A stretch of DNA of 64,000 nucleotides, taken from assembly GCA_964016885.1 (NCBI GenBank), contig OZ024741.1, forward strand, positions 10,478,001 through 10,542,000, given 5' to 3'. The position numbers were made by a program, and so were the translations under genes. The stretch is from Eledone cirrhosa. Its lineage: Eukaryota. Positions within the stretch are counted from its first letter, which is position 1. Each line of letters begins with the position of its first letter. The notes under the pieces are model-generated. The model saw only the letters and a program-made list of their open reading frames with translations. It was not told the DNA's origin and did no database searches. Shown piece by piece: positions 25,200 to 38,199 of this stretch.

Positions 25200-28150
25200 G
25201 TGGTGGTGATAGTGGTGGAGGTCGTTGTGTTGGTGTTGTTGGTGGTGGTGGTGATAGTGGTGGAGTTGATGGTGTTGGTGTTGTTGGTGGTGGTGGTGAT
25301 AGTGGTGGAGGGGGTAGTGTTGGTGTTGTTGGTGGTGGTGGTGATAGTGGTGGAGGTGGTTGTGTTTGTGTTGTTGGTGGTGATAGTGGTGGAGGTGGTA
25401 GTGTTGGTGTCGTTGGTGGTGGTGGTGGTGGTGGTGATAGTAGGGAGGTGGTGGTGTTGGTGTTGTTGGAGGTGGTGGTGGTGGTGGTGTTGGTGTTGTT
25501 GGTGGTGGTGTTGATAGTGGTGGAGGTGGTGGTGTTGGTGTTGTTGGTGGTGGTGGTGATAGTGGTGGAGGTCGTTGTGTTGGTGTTGTTGGTGGTGGTG
25601 GTGATAGTGGTGGAGGTGGTGGTGTTGGTGTTGTTGGTGGTGGTGGTGATAGTGGTGGAGATCGTTGTGTTGGTGTTGTTGGTGGTGGTGGTGATAGTGG
25701 TGGAGTTGATGGTGTTGGTGTTGTTGGTGGTGGTGGTGATAGTGGTGGAGGGGGTAGTGTTGGTGTTGGTGGTGGTGGTGATAGTGGTGGAGGTGGAGGT
25801 GTTGGTGTTGTTGGTGGTGATAGTGGTGGAGCTGGATTGTGTTGGTGTCGTTGGTGGTGGTGGTGGTGGTGGTGATAGTGGTGGAGGTGGTGGTGTTGGT
25901 GTTGTTGGTGGTGGTGGTGATAGTGGTGGATGTGGTGGTGTTGGTGTTGTTGGTGGTGGTGGTGATAGTGGTGGAGGTGGAGGGGGTAGTGTTGGTGTTG
26001 TTGGTGGTGGTGATGATAGTGGTGGAGGTGGTGGTGTTGGTGTTGTTGGTGGTGGTGGTGATAGTGGTGGAGGTGGTGGTGTTGGTGTTGTTGGTGGTGG
26101 TGGTGATAGTGGTGGAGGGGGTAGTGTTGGTGTCGTTGGTGGTGGTGGTGATAGTGGTGGAGGTGGAGGTGTTGGTGTTGTTGGTGGTGGTGGTGATAGT
26201 GGTGGAGGTGGTGGTGTTGGTGTTGTTGGTGGTGGTGGTGATAGTGGTGGAGGTGGTGGTGTTGGTGTTGTTGGTTGTGGTGGTGATAGTGGTGGAGGTG
26301 GAGGGGGTAGTGTTGGTGTTGTTGGTGGTGGTGGTGATAGTGGTGGAGGTGGTGGTGTAGGTGTTGTTGGTGGTGGAGGTGATAGTGGTGGAGGTGGTGG
26401 TGTTGGTGTTGTTGGTGGTGGTGGTGATAGTGGTGGAGGTGGTGGTGTTGGTGTTGTTGGTGGTGGTGGTGATAGTGGTGGAGGTGGTGGTGTTGGTGTT
26501 GTTGGAGGTGGTGGTGATAGTGGTGGAGGGGGTAGTGTTGGTGTTGTTGGTGGTGGTGGTGATAGTGGTGGAGGTGGTGGTGTTGGTGTCGTTGGTGGTG
26601 GTGGTGATAGTGGTGGAGGTGGTGGTGTTGGTATTGTTGGTGGTGGAGGTGATAGTGGTGGAGGTGGAGGTGTTGGTGTTGTTGGTGGTGGTGGTGATAG
26701 TGGTGGAGTTGGTGTTGTTGGTGGTGGTGGTGATAGTGGTGGAGGTGGTGGAGTTGGTGTCGTTGGTGGTGGTGGTGATAGTGGTGGAGGTGGTGGTGTT
26801 GGTGTCGTTGGTGGTGGTGGTGATAGTGGTGGAGGTGGTGGTGTTGGTGTTGTTGGTGGTGGAGGTGATAGTGGTGGAGGTGGTGGTGTTGGTGTTGTTG
26901 GTGGTGGAGGTGATAGTGGTGGAGGTGGTGGTGTTGGTGTCGTTGGTGTTGGTGGTGATACTGGTGGAGGTGGTGGTGTTGGTGTTGTTGGTGGTGGTGG
27001 TGATAGTGGTGGAGGTGGTGGTGTTGGTGTCGTTGGTGGTGGTGGTGATAGTGGTGGAGGTGGTGGTGTTGGTGTTGTTGGTGGTGGAGGTGATAGTGGT
27101 GGAGGTGGTGGTGTTGGTGTTGTTGGTGGTGGTGGTGATAGTGGTGGAGGGGGTAGTGTTGGTGTTGTTGGTGGTGGTGGTGATAGTGGTGGAGGGGGTA
27201 GTGTTGGTGTTGTTGGTGGTGGTGGTGATAGTGCTGGAGGTGGTGGTGTTGGTGTTGTTGGTGGTGGACGTGATAGTGGTGGAGGTGGTGGTGTTGGTGT
27301 TGTTGGTGGTGGTGATAGTGGTGGTGGTGGTGGTGTTGGTGTCGTTGGTGGTGATAGTGGTGCAGGTGGTGGTGTTGGTGTTGTTGGTGGTGGTGGTGAT
27401 AGTGGTGGAGGTGGTGGTGTTGGTGTTGTTGGTGGTGGTGGTGATAGTGGTGGAGGTCGTTGTGTTGGTGTTGTTGGTGGTGGTGGTGATAGTGGTGGAG
27501 TTGATGGTGTTGGTGTTGTTGGTGGTGGTGGTGATAGTGGTGGAGGGGGTAGTGTTGGTGTTGTTGGTGGTGGTGGTGATAGTGTTGGAGGTGGTTGTGT
27601 TTGTGTTGTTGGTGGTGATAGTGGTGGAGGTGGTAGTGTTGGTGTCGTTGGTGGTGGTGGTGGTGGTGGTGATAGTAGGGAGGTGGTGGTGTTGGTGTTG
27701 TTGGAGGTGGTGGTGGTGGTGGTGTTGGTGTTGTTGGTGGTGGTGTTGATAGTGGTGGAGGTGGTGGTGTTGGTGTTGTTGGTGGTGGTGGTGATAGTGG
27801 TGGAGGTGGTGGTGTTGGTGTTGTTGGTGGTGGTGGTGATAGTGGTGGAGGTCGTTGTGTTGGTGTTGTTGGTGGTGGTGGTGATAGTGGTGGAGTTGAT
27901 GGTGTTGGTGTTGTTGGTGGTGGTGGTGATAGTGGTGGAGGGGGTAGTGTTGGTGTTGGTGGTGGTGGTGATAGTGGTGGAGGTGGAGGTGTTGGTGTTG
28001 TTGGTGGTGATAGTGGTGGAGCTGGATTGTGTTGGTGTCGTTGGTGGTGGTGGTGGTGGTGGTGATAGTGGTGGAGGTGGTGGTGTTGGTGTTGTTGGTG
28101 GTGGTGGTGATAGTGGTGGATGTGGTGGTGTTGGTGTTGTTGGTGGTGGT
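25200..28150 (+). repeat. Dispersed duplication: ~25200-25950 recurs at ~27430-28150 (offset 2235, then 2190 after loss of one monomer)
   Basis: GATAGTAGGGAGG at 25436/27671 and GGATTGT at 25834/28024. Both copies share GGTTGTGTTTGT. Confidence 0.85.
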
Positions 28151-29169
28151 GGTGATAGTGGTGGAGGTGGTGGTGTTGGTGTTGTTGGTGGTGGTGGTGA
28201 TAGTGGTGGAGGTGGTGGTGTTGGTGTTGTTGGTGGTGGTGGTGATAGTGGTGGAGGGGGTAGTGTTGGTGTCGTTGGTGGTGGTGGTGATAGTGGTGGA
28301 GGTGGAGGTGTTGGTCTCGTTGGTGGTGATAGTGGTGGAGGTGTTGGTGTTGGTGTCGTTGGTGGTGGTGGTGATAGTGGTGGAGGTGGAGGTGTTGGTG
28401 TTGTTGGTGGTGGTGGTGATAGTGGTGGAGGTGGTGGTGTTGGTGTCGTTGGTTGTGATAGTGGTGGAGGTGTTGGTGTTGGTGTCGTTGGTGGTGGTGG
28501 TGATAGTGGTGGAGGTGGAGGTGTTGGTGTTGTTGGTGGTGGTGGTGATAGTGGTGGAGGTGGTGGTGTTGGTGTCGTTGGTTGTGATAGTGGTGGAGGT
28601 GGTGGTGTTGGTGTTGTTGGTGGTGGTGGTGATAGTGGTGGAGGTGGAGGTGTTGGTGTTGTTGGTGGTGGTGGTGATAGTGGTGGAGGTGGTGGTGTTG
28701 GTCTCGTTGGTGGTGATAGTGGTGGAGGTGTTGGTGTTGGTGTCGTTGGTGGTGGTGGTGATAGTGGTGGAGGTGGAGGTGTTGGTGTTGTTGGTGGTGG
28801 TGGTGATAGTGGTGGAGGTGGTGGTGTTGGTGTCGTTGGTTGTGATAGTGGTGGAGGTGGTGGTGTTGGTATTGTTGGTGGTGGTGGTGATAATGGTGGA
28901 GGTGGTGGTGGTGGTGTTGTTGGTGGCGGTGGTGATAGTGGTGGAGATGGTGGTGTTGGTGTTGTTGGTGGTGGTGGTGATAGTGGTGGAGGTGGTGGTG
29001 TTGGTGTCGTTGGTTGTGATAGTGGTGGTGGTGGTGGTGTTGGTATTGTTGGTGGTGGTGGTGATAGTGGTGGAGGTGGTGGTGGTGGTGTTGTTGGTGG
29101 CGGTGGTGATAGTGGTGGAGGTGGTGGTGTTGGTATTGTTGGTGGTGGTGGTGATAGTGGTGGAGGTGG

Positions 29170-32100
29170 TGGTGTTGGTGTTGTTGGTGGTGGTGGTGAT
29201 AGTGGTGAAGGTGGTGGTGTTGGTGTTGTTGGTGGTGGTGGTGATAGTGGTGGAGGGGGTAGTGTTGGTGTTGTTGGTGGTGGTGGTGATAGCGGTGGAG
29301 GTGGTGGTGTTGGTGTCGTTGGTGATGGTGGTGATAGTGGTGGAGGGGGTAGTGTTGGTGTTGTTGGTGGTGGTGGTGATAGTGGTGGAGGTGGTGGTGT
29401 TGGTGTTGTTGGTGGTGGTGGTGATAGTGGTGGAGGTGGTGGTGTTGGTGTTGTTGGTGGTGGTGGTGATAGTGGTGGTGGTGGTGGTGTTGGTGTTGTT
29501 GGTGGTGATAGTGGTGGAGGTGGTGATAGTGGTGGAGGTGGTGGTGTTGGTGTTGTTGGTGGTGGTGGTGATAGTGGTGGAGAGGGTAGTGTTGGTGTTG
29601 TTGGTGGTGGAGGTGATAGTGGTGGAGGTGGTGGTGTTGGTGTTGTTGGTGATGGTGGTGATAGTGGTGGAGGTGGTGGTGGTGGTGTTGTTGGTGGAGG
29701 TGGTGATAGTGGTGGAGGTGGTGGTGTTGGTGTCGTTGGTGGTGGTGGTGGTGATAGTGGTGGTGGTGGTGGTGTTGGTGTTGTTGGTGGTGGTGGTGAT
29801 AGTGGTGGTCGTGGTGGTGTTGGTGTCGTTGGTGGTGGTGGTGATAGTGGTTGAGGTGGTGGTGTTGGTGTTGTTGGTGGTGGTGGTGATAGTGGTGGTG
29901 GTGGTGGTGTTGGTGTCGTTGGTGGTGGTGGTGATAGTGGTGGAGGTGGTGGTGTTGGTGTTGTTGGTGGTGGTGGTGGTGGTGTTGGTGTTGTTGGTGG
30001 TGGTGGTGATAGTGGTGGAGGTGGTGATAGTGGTGGAGGTGGTGGTGTTGGTGTCGTTGGTGGTGGTGGTGATAGTGGTGGAGGTGGTGGTGTTGGTGTC
30101 GTTGGTGGTGATAGTGGTGGAGGTGGTGGTGTTGGTGTTGTTGGTGTTGGTGGTGATAGTGGTGGAGGTGGTGGTGTTGGTGTTGTTGGTGGTGGTGGTG
30201 ATAGTGGTGGAGGTGGTGGTGTTGGTGTTGTTGGTGGTGGTGGTGATAGTTGTGGAGGTGGTGTTTGTGTCGTTGGTGGTGATAGTGGTGGAGGTGGTGG
30301 TGTTGGTGTTGTTGGTGGTGGTGTTGATAGTGGTGGAGGTGGTGGTGTTGGTGTTGTTGGTGGTGGTGGTGATAGTGGTGGTGGTGGTGGTGTTGGTGTT
30401 GTTGGTGGTGGTGGTGATAGTGGTGGTGGTGGTGGTGTTGATGTCGTTGGTGGTGGTGGTGATAGTGGTGGTGGTGGTGGTGTTGGTGTCGTTGGTGGTG
30501 GTGGTTTGTGATAGTGGTGGTGGTGGTGGTGTTGGTGTTGTTGGTGGTGGTGGTGATAGTGGTGGTGGTGGTGGTGTTGGTGTTGTTGGTGGTGGTGGTG
30601 ATAGTGGTGGAGGTGGTGGTGATAGTGGTGGAGGTGGTGGTGTTGGTGTTGTTGGTGTTGTTGGTGGTGGTGGTGATAGTGGTGGAGGTGGTGGTGTTGG
30701 TGTTGTTGGTGGTGGTGGTGATAGTGGTGGTGGTGGTGGTGTTGGTGTTGTTGGTGGTGTTGGTGTTGTTGGTGGTGGTGGTGATAGTGGTGGAGGTGGT
30801 GGTGTTGGTGTTGTTGGTGGTGGTGGTGATAGTGGTGGTGGTGGTGGTGTTGGTGTTGTTGGTGGTGGTGGTGATAGTGGTGGTGGTGGTAGTGTTGGTG
30901 TTGTTGGTGGTGGTGGTGATAGTGGTGGAGGTGGTGGTGTTGGTGTCGTTGGTGGTGATAGTGGTGGAGGTGGTGGTGTTGGAGTTGTTGGTGGTGGTGG
31001 TGATAGTGGTGGAGGTGGAGGTGTTGGTGTTGTGGGTGGTGGTGGTGATAGTGGTGGGGGTGGAGGTGTTGGTGTTGTTGGTGGTGGTGGTGATAGTGGT
31101 GGAGGTGGTGGTGTTGGTGTCGTTGGTTGTGATAGTGGTGGAGGTGGTGGTGTTGGTATTGTTGGTGGTGGTGGTGATAGTGGTGGAGTTGGTGGTGGTG
31201 GTGTCGTTGGTGGTGGTGGTGATAGTGGTGGAGGTGGAGGTGTTGGTGTTGTTGGTGGTGGTGGTGATAGTGGTAGAGGTGGTGGTGTTGGTGTCGTTGG
31301 TGGTGATAGTGGTGGAGGTGGTGGTGTTGGTGTTGTTGGTGGTGGTGGTGATAGTGGTGGAGATGGTGGTGGTGGTGATAGTGGTGGAGGTGGTGGTGTT
31401 GGTATTGTTGGTGGTGGTGGTGATAGTGGTGGAGGTGGTGGTGTTGGTGTTGTTGGTGGTGGTGGTGATAGTGGTGGAGGTGGTGGTGTTGGTGTTGTTG
31501 GTGGTGGTGGTGATAGTGGTGGAGGTGGTGGTGTTGTTGTCGTTGTTGGTGGTGGTGATAGTGGTGGAGGTGTTGGTGTTGGTATTGTTGGTGGTGGTGG
31601 TGATAGTGGTGGAGGTGGTGGTGTTGGTGTCGTTGGTGGTGATAGTGGTGGAGGTGTTGGTGTTGGTGTCGTTGGTGGTGGTGGTGATAGTGGTGGAGGT
31701 GGAGGTGTTGGTGTTGTTGGTGGTGGTGGTGATAGTGGTGGAGGTGGTGGTGTTGGTGTCGTTGGTGGTGGTGGTGGTGTTGGTGTCCTTTGTGGTGGTG
31801 GTGTTGATAGTGGTGGAGGTGGTGGTGTTGGTGTCGTTGGTGGTGGTGTTGATAGTGGTGGTGGTGGTGGTGTTGGTGTCGTTGGTGGCGGTGGTGATAG
31901 TGGTGGAGAGGGTAGTGTTGGTGGTGGAGGTGATAGTGGTGGAGGTGGTGGTGTTTGTGTCGTTGGTGGTGATAGTGGTGGAGGTGGTGGTGTTGGTGTT
32001 GTTGGTGGTGGTGGTGATAGTGGTGGAGGTGGTGGTGTTGGTGTTGTTGGTGGTGGTGGTGCTAGTGGTGGAGGTGGAGGTGTTGGTGTTGTTGGTGGTG

Positions 32101-35100
32101 GTGGTGATAGTGGTGGAGGTGGTGGTGTTTGTGTCGTTGGTGGTGATAGTGGTGGAGGTGGTGGTGTTGGTGTTGTTGGTGGTGGTGGTGATAGTGGTGG
32201 AGGTGGTGGTGTTGGTGTTGTTGGTGGTGGTGGTGATAGTGGTGGAGGTCGTTGTGTTGGTGTTGTTGGTGGTGGTGGTGATAGTGGTGGAGTTGATGGT
32301 GTTGGTGTTGTTGGTGGTGGTGGTGATAGTGGTGGAGGGGGTAGTGTTGGTGTTGTTGGTGGTGGTGGTGATAGTGGTGGAGGTGGTGGTGTTGGTGTTG
32401 TTGGTGCTGATAGTGGTGAAGGTGGTAGTGTTGGTGTCGTTGGTGGTGGTGGTGGTGGTGGTGATAGTAGGGAGGTGGTGGTGTTGGTGTTGTTGGTGGT
32501 GGTGGTGGTGGTGGTGTTGGTGTTGGTGGTGGTGTTGATAGTGCTGGAGGTGGTGGTGTTGGTGTTGTTGGTGGTGGTGGTGATAGTGGTGGAGGTCGTT
32601 GTGTTGGTGTTGTTGGTGGTGGTGGTGATAGTGGTGGAGGTGGTGGTGTTGGTGTTGTTGGTGGTGGTGGTGATAGTGGTGGAGGTCGTTGTGTTGGTGT
32701 TGTTGGTGGTGGTGGTGATAGTGGTGGAGTTGATGGTGTTGGTGATGTTGGTGGTGGTGGTGATAGTGGTGGAGGGGGTAGTGTTGGTGTTGGTGGTGGT
32801 GGTGATAGTGGTGGAGGTGGAGGTGTTGGTGTTGTTGGTGGTGATAGTGGTGGAGCTGGATTGTGTTTGTGTCGTTGGTGGTGGTGGTGGTGGTGGTGAT
32901 AGTGGTGGAGGTGGTGGTGTTGATGTTGTTGGTGGTGGTGGTGATAGTGGTGGAGGTGGAGGGGGTAGTGTTGGTGTTGTTGGTGGTGGTGATGATAGTG
33001 GTGGAGGTGGTGGTGATAGTGGTGGAGGTGGTGGTGTTGGTGTTGTTGGTGGTGGTGGTGATAGTGGTGGAGGGGGTAGTGTTGGTGTTTTTGGTGGTGG
33101 TGGTGATAGTGGTGGAGGTGGTGGTGTTGGTGTCGTTGGTGGTGGTGGTGATAGTGGTGGAGGTGGAGGTGTTGGTGTTGTTGGTGGTGGTGGTGATAGT
33201 GGTGGAGGTGGTGGTGTTGGTGTTGTTGGTGGTGGTGGTGATAGTGGTGGAGGTGGTGGTGTTGGTGTTGTTGGTTGTGGTGGTGATAGTGGTGGAGGTG
33301 GAGGGGGTAGTGTTGGTGTTGTTGGTGGTGGTGGTGATAGTGGTGGAGGTGGTGGTGTAGGTGTTGTTGGTGGTGGAGGTGATAGTGGTGGAGGTGGTGG
33401 TGTTGGTGTTGTTGGTGGTGGTGGTGATAGTGGTGGAGGTGGTGGTGTTGGTGTTGTTGGTGGTGGTGGTGATAGTGGTGGAGGTGGTGGTGTTGGTGTT
33501 GTTGGAGGTGGTGGTGATAGTGGTGGAGGGGGTAGTGTTGGTGTTGTTGGTGGTGGTGGTGATAGTGGTGGAGGTGGTGGTGTTGGTGTCGTTGGTGGTG
33601 GTGGTGATAGTGGTGGAGGTGGTGGTGTTGGTATTGTTGGTGGTGGAGGTGATAGTGGTGGAGGTGGAGGTGTTGGTGTTGTGGGTGGTGGTGGTGATAG
33701 TGGTGGAGTTGGTGTTGTTGGTGGTGGTGGTGATAGTGGTGGAGGTGGTGGAGTTGGTGTCGTTGGTGGTGGTGGTGATAGTGGTGGAGGTGGTGGTGTT
33801 GGTGTCGTTGCTGGTGGTGGTGATAGTGGTGGAGGGGGTAGTGTTGGTGTCGTTGCTGGTGGTGGTGATAGTGGTGGAGAGGGTAGTGTTGGTGTTGTTG
33901 GTGGTGGTGGTGATAGTGGTGGAGGTGGTGGTGTTGGTGTCGTTGGTGGTGGTGGTGATAGTGGTGGAGGGGGTAGTGTTGGTGTCGTTGGTGGTGGTGG
34001 TGATAGTGGTGGAGAGGGTAGTGTTGGTGTTGTTGGTGGTGGTGGTGATAGTGGTGGAGGTGGTGGTGTTGGTGTCGTTGGTGGTGGTGGTGATAGTGGT
34101 GGAGGGGGTAGTGTTGGTATTGTTGGTGGTGGCGGTGATAGTGGTGGAGGTGGTGGTGTTGGTGTTGTTGGTGGTGGTGGTGATAGTGGTGGAGGTGGTG
34201 ATGTTGGTGTTGTTGGTGGTGGTGGTGGTGGTGTTGGTGTCGTTGGTTGTGATAGTGGTGGAGGTGGTGGTGTTGGTGTTGTTGGTGGTGGAGGTGATAG
34301 TGGTGGAGGTGGTGGTGTTGGTGTTGTTGGTGGTGGTGGTGATAGTGGAGTTGGTGGTGTTGGTGTTGTTGGTGGTGGTGGTGATAGTGTTGGAGTGGGT
34401 AGTGTTGGTGTTGTTGGTGGTGGTGGTGATAGTGGTGGAGTTGGTGGTGTTGGTGTTGTTGGTGGTGGACGTGATAGTGGTGGAGGTGGTGGTGTTGGTG
34501 TTGTTGGTGGTGGTGGTGATAGTGGTGGTGGTGGTGGTGTTGGTGTCGTTGGTGGTGGTGGTGATAGTGGTGGTGGTGGTGGTGTTGGTGTTGTTGGTGG
34601 TGGTGGTGATAGTGGTGAAGGTGGTGGTGTTGGTGTTGTTGGTGGTGGTGGTGATAGTGGTGGAGGGGGTAGTGTTGGTGTTGTTGGTGGTGGTGGTGAT
34701 AGCGGTGGAGGTGGTGGTGTTGGTGTCGTTGGTGATGGTGGTGATAGTGGTGGAGGGGGTAGTGTTGGTGTTGTTGGTGGTGGTGGTGATAGTGGTGGAG
34801 GTGGTGGTGTTGGTGTTGTTGGTGGTGGTGGTGATAGTGGTGGAGGTGGTGGTGTTGGTGTTGTTGGTGGTGGTGGTGATAGTGGTGGTGGTGGTGGTGT
34901 TGGTGTTGTTGGTGGTGATAGTGGTGGAGGTGGTGATAGTGGTGGAGGTGGTGGTGTTGGTGTTGTTGGTGGTGGTGGTGATAGTGGTGGAGAGGGTAGT
35001 GTTGGTGTTGTTGGTGGTGGAGGTGATAGTGGTGGAGGTGGTGGTGTTGGTGTTGTTGGTGATGGTGGTGATAGTGGTGGAGGTGGTGGTGGTGGTGTTG

Positions 35101-38100
35101 TTGGTGGAGGTGGTGATAGTGGTGGAGGTGGTGGTGTTGGTGTCGTTGGTGGTGGTGGTGGTGATAGTGGTGGTGGTGGTGGTGTTGGTGTTGTTGGTGG
35201 TGGTGGTGATAGTGGTGGTCGTGGTGGTGTTGGTGTCGTTGGTGGTGGTGGTGATAGTGGTTGAGGTGGTGGTGTTGGTGTTGTTGGTGGTGGTGGTGAT
35301 AGTGGTGGTGGTGGTGGTGTTGGTGTCGTTGGTGGTGGTGGTGATAGTGGTGGAGGTGGTGGTGTTGGTGTTGTTGGTGGTGGTGGTGGTGGTGTTGGTG
35401 TTGTTGGTGGTGGTGGTGATAGTGGTGGAGGTGGTGATAGTGGTGGAGGTGGTGGTGTTGGTGTCGTTGGTGGTGGTGGTGATAGTGGTGGAGGTGGTGG
35501 TGTTGGTGTCGTTGGTGGTGATAGTGGTGGAGGTGGTGGTGTTGGTGTTGTTGGTGTTGGTGGTGATAGTGGTGGAGGTGGTGGTGTTGGTGTTGTTGGT
35601 GGTGGTGGTGATAGTGGTGGAGGTGGTGGTGTTGGTGTTGTTGGTGGTGGTGGTGATAGTTGTGGAGGTGGTGTTTGTGTCGTTGGTGGTGATAGTGGTG
35701 GAGGTGGTGGTGTTGGTGTTGTTGGTGGTGGTGTTGATAGTGGTGGAGGTGGTGGTGTTGGTGTTGTTGGTGGTGGTGGTGATAGTGGTGGTGGTGGTGG
35801 TGTTGGTGTTGTTGGTGGTGGTGGTGATAGTGGTGGTGGTGGTGGTGTTGATGTCGTTGGTGGTGGTGGTGATAGTGGTGGTGGTGGTGGTGTTGGTGTC
35901 GTTGGTGGTGGTGGTTTGTGATAGTGGTGGTGGTGGTGGTGTTGGTGTTGTTGGTGGTGGTGGTGATAGTGGTGGTGGTGGTGGTGTTGGTGTTGTTGGT
36001 GGTGGTGGTGATAGTGGTGGAGGTGGTGGTGATAGTGGTGGAGGTGGTGGTGTTGGTGTTGTTGGTGTTGTTGGTGGTGGTGGTGATAGTGGTGGAGGTG
36101 GTGGTGTTGGTGTTGTTGGTGGTGGTGGTGATAGTGGTGGTGGTGGTGGTGTTGGTGTTGTTGGTGGTGTTGGTGTTGTTGGTGGTGGTGGTGATAGTGG
36201 TGGAGGTGGTGGTGTTGGTGTTGTTGGTGGTGGTGGTGATAGTGGTGGTGGTGGTGGTGTTGGTGTTGTTGGTGGTGGTGGTGATAGTGGTGGTGGTGGT
36301 AGTGTTGGTGTTGTTGGTGGTGGTGGTGATAGTGGTGGAGGTGGTGGTGTTGGTGTCGTTGGTGGTGATAGTGGTGGAGGTGGTGGTGTTGGAGTTGTTG
36401 GTGGTGGTGGTGATAGTGGTGGAGGTGGAGGTGTTGGTGTTGTGGGTGGTGGTGGTGATAGTGGTGGGGGTGGAGGTGTTGGTGTTGTTGGTGGTGGTGG
36501 TGATAGTGGTGGAGGTGGTGGTGTTGGTGTCGTTGGTTGTGATAGTGGTGGAGGTGGTGGTGTTGGTATTGTTGGTGGTGGTGGTGATAGTGGTGGAGTT
36601 GGTGGTGGTGGTGTCGTTGGTGGTGGTGGTGATAGTGGTGGAGGTGGAGGTGTTGGTGTTGTTGGTGGTGGTGGTGATAGTGGTAGAGGTGGTGGTGTTG
36701 GTGTCGTTGGTGGTGATAGTGGTGGAGGTGGTGGTGTTGGTGTTGTTGGTGGTGGTGGTGATAGTGGTGGAGATGGTGGTGGTGGTGATAGTGGTGGAGG
36801 TGGTGGTGTTGGTATTGTTGGTGGTGGTGGTGATAGTGGTGGAGGTGGTGGTGTTGGTGTTGTTGGTGGTGGTGGTGATAGTGGTGGAGGTGGTGGTGTT
36901 GGTGTTGTTGGTGGTGGTGGTGATAGTGGTGGAGGTGGTGGTGTTGTTGTCGTTGTTGGTGGTGGTGATAGTGGTGGAGGTGTTGGTGTTGGTATTGTTG
37001 GTGGTGGTGGTGATAGTGGTGGAGGTGGTGGTGTTGGTGTCGTTGGTGGTGATAGTGGTGGAGGTGTTGGTGTTGGTGTCGTTGGTGGTGGTGGTGATAG
37101 TGGTGGAGGTGGAGGTGTTGGTGTTGTTGGTGGTGGTGGTGATAGTGGTGGAGGTGGTGGTGTTGGTGTCGTTGGTGGTGGTGGTGGTGTTGGTGTCCTT
37201 TGTGGTGGTGGTGTTGATAGTGGTGGAGGTGGTGGTGTTGGTGTCGTTGGTGGTGGTGTTGATAGTGGTGGTGGTGGTGGTGTTGGTGTCGTTGGTGGCG
37301 GTGGTGATAGTGGTGGAGAGGGTAGTGTTGGTGGTGGAGGTGATAGTGGTGGAGGTGGTGGTGTTTGTGTCGTTGGTGGTGATAGTGGTGGAGGTGGTGG
37401 TGTTGGTGTTGTTGGTGGTGGTGGTGATAGTGGTGGAGGTGGTGGTGTTGGTGTTGTTGGTGGTGGTGGTGCTAGTGGTGGAGGTGGAGGTGTTGGTGTT
37501 GTTGGTGGTGGTGGTGATAGTGGTGGAGGTGGTGGTGTTTGTGTCGTTGGTGGTGATAGTGGTGGAGGTGGTGGTGTTGGTGTTGTTGGTGGTGGTGGTG
37601 ATAGTGGTGGAGGTGGTGGTGTTGGTGTTGTTGGTGGTGGTGGTGATAGTGGTGGAGGTCGTTGTGTTGGTGTTGTTGGTGGTGGTGGTGATAGTGGTGG
37701 AGTTGATGGTGTTGGTGTTGTTGGTGGTGGTGGTGATAGTGGTGGAGGGGGTAGTGTTGGTGTTGTTGGTGGTGGTGGTGATAGTGGTGGAGGTGGTGGT
37801 GTTGGTGTTGTTGGTGCTGATAGTGGTGGAGGTGGTAGTGTTGGTGTCGTTGGTGGTGGTGGTGGTGGTGGTGATAGTAGGGAGGTGGTGGTGTTGGTGT
37901 TGTTGGTGGTGGTGGTGGTGGTGGTGTTGGTGTTGGTGGTGGTGTTGATAGTGCTGGAGGTGGTGGTGTTGGTGTTGTTGGTGGTGGTGGTGATAGTGGT
38001 GGAGGTCGTTGTGTTGGTGTTGTTGGTGGTGGTGGTGATAGTGGTGGAGGTGGTGGTGTTGGTGTTGTTGGTGGTGGTGGTGATAGTGGTGGAGGTCGTT

Positions 38101-38170
38101 GTGTTGGTGTTGTTGGTGGTGGTGGTGATAGTGGTGGAGTTGATGGTGTTGGTGTTGTTGGTGGTGGTGG
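29170..38170 (+). repeat. Near-identical ~3.55-kb duplication: ~29170-32760 recurs at ~34580-38170 (offset 5410 bp)
   Basis: AGTGGTGAAG at 29201/34611, in-phase TGA ending at 29854/35264, and GATAGTAGGG at 32463/37873. ORFs 30508..32538 and 35918..37948 have the same length and nearly the same translation. Confidence 0.93.
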
Positions 38171-38199
38171 TGGTGGTGTTGGTGTCGTTGGTTGTGATA

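Noticed and set aside
26361-33361. Round-number offsets (7000 bp; 16000 bp between 14981 and 30981) suggesting artificial construction
   Set aside because: Neighbouring markers in the same blocks have other offsets (e.g. 15889), and most offsets are not round. I treat this as coincidence.
18616-37890. Programmed ribosomal frameshift or phase-variation switches at the recurrent indel motifs
   Set aside because: There is no slippery heptamer or homopolymer tract, and the C-less strand cannot form a conventional stimulatory stem. The recurrence is explained by block duplication of single events.
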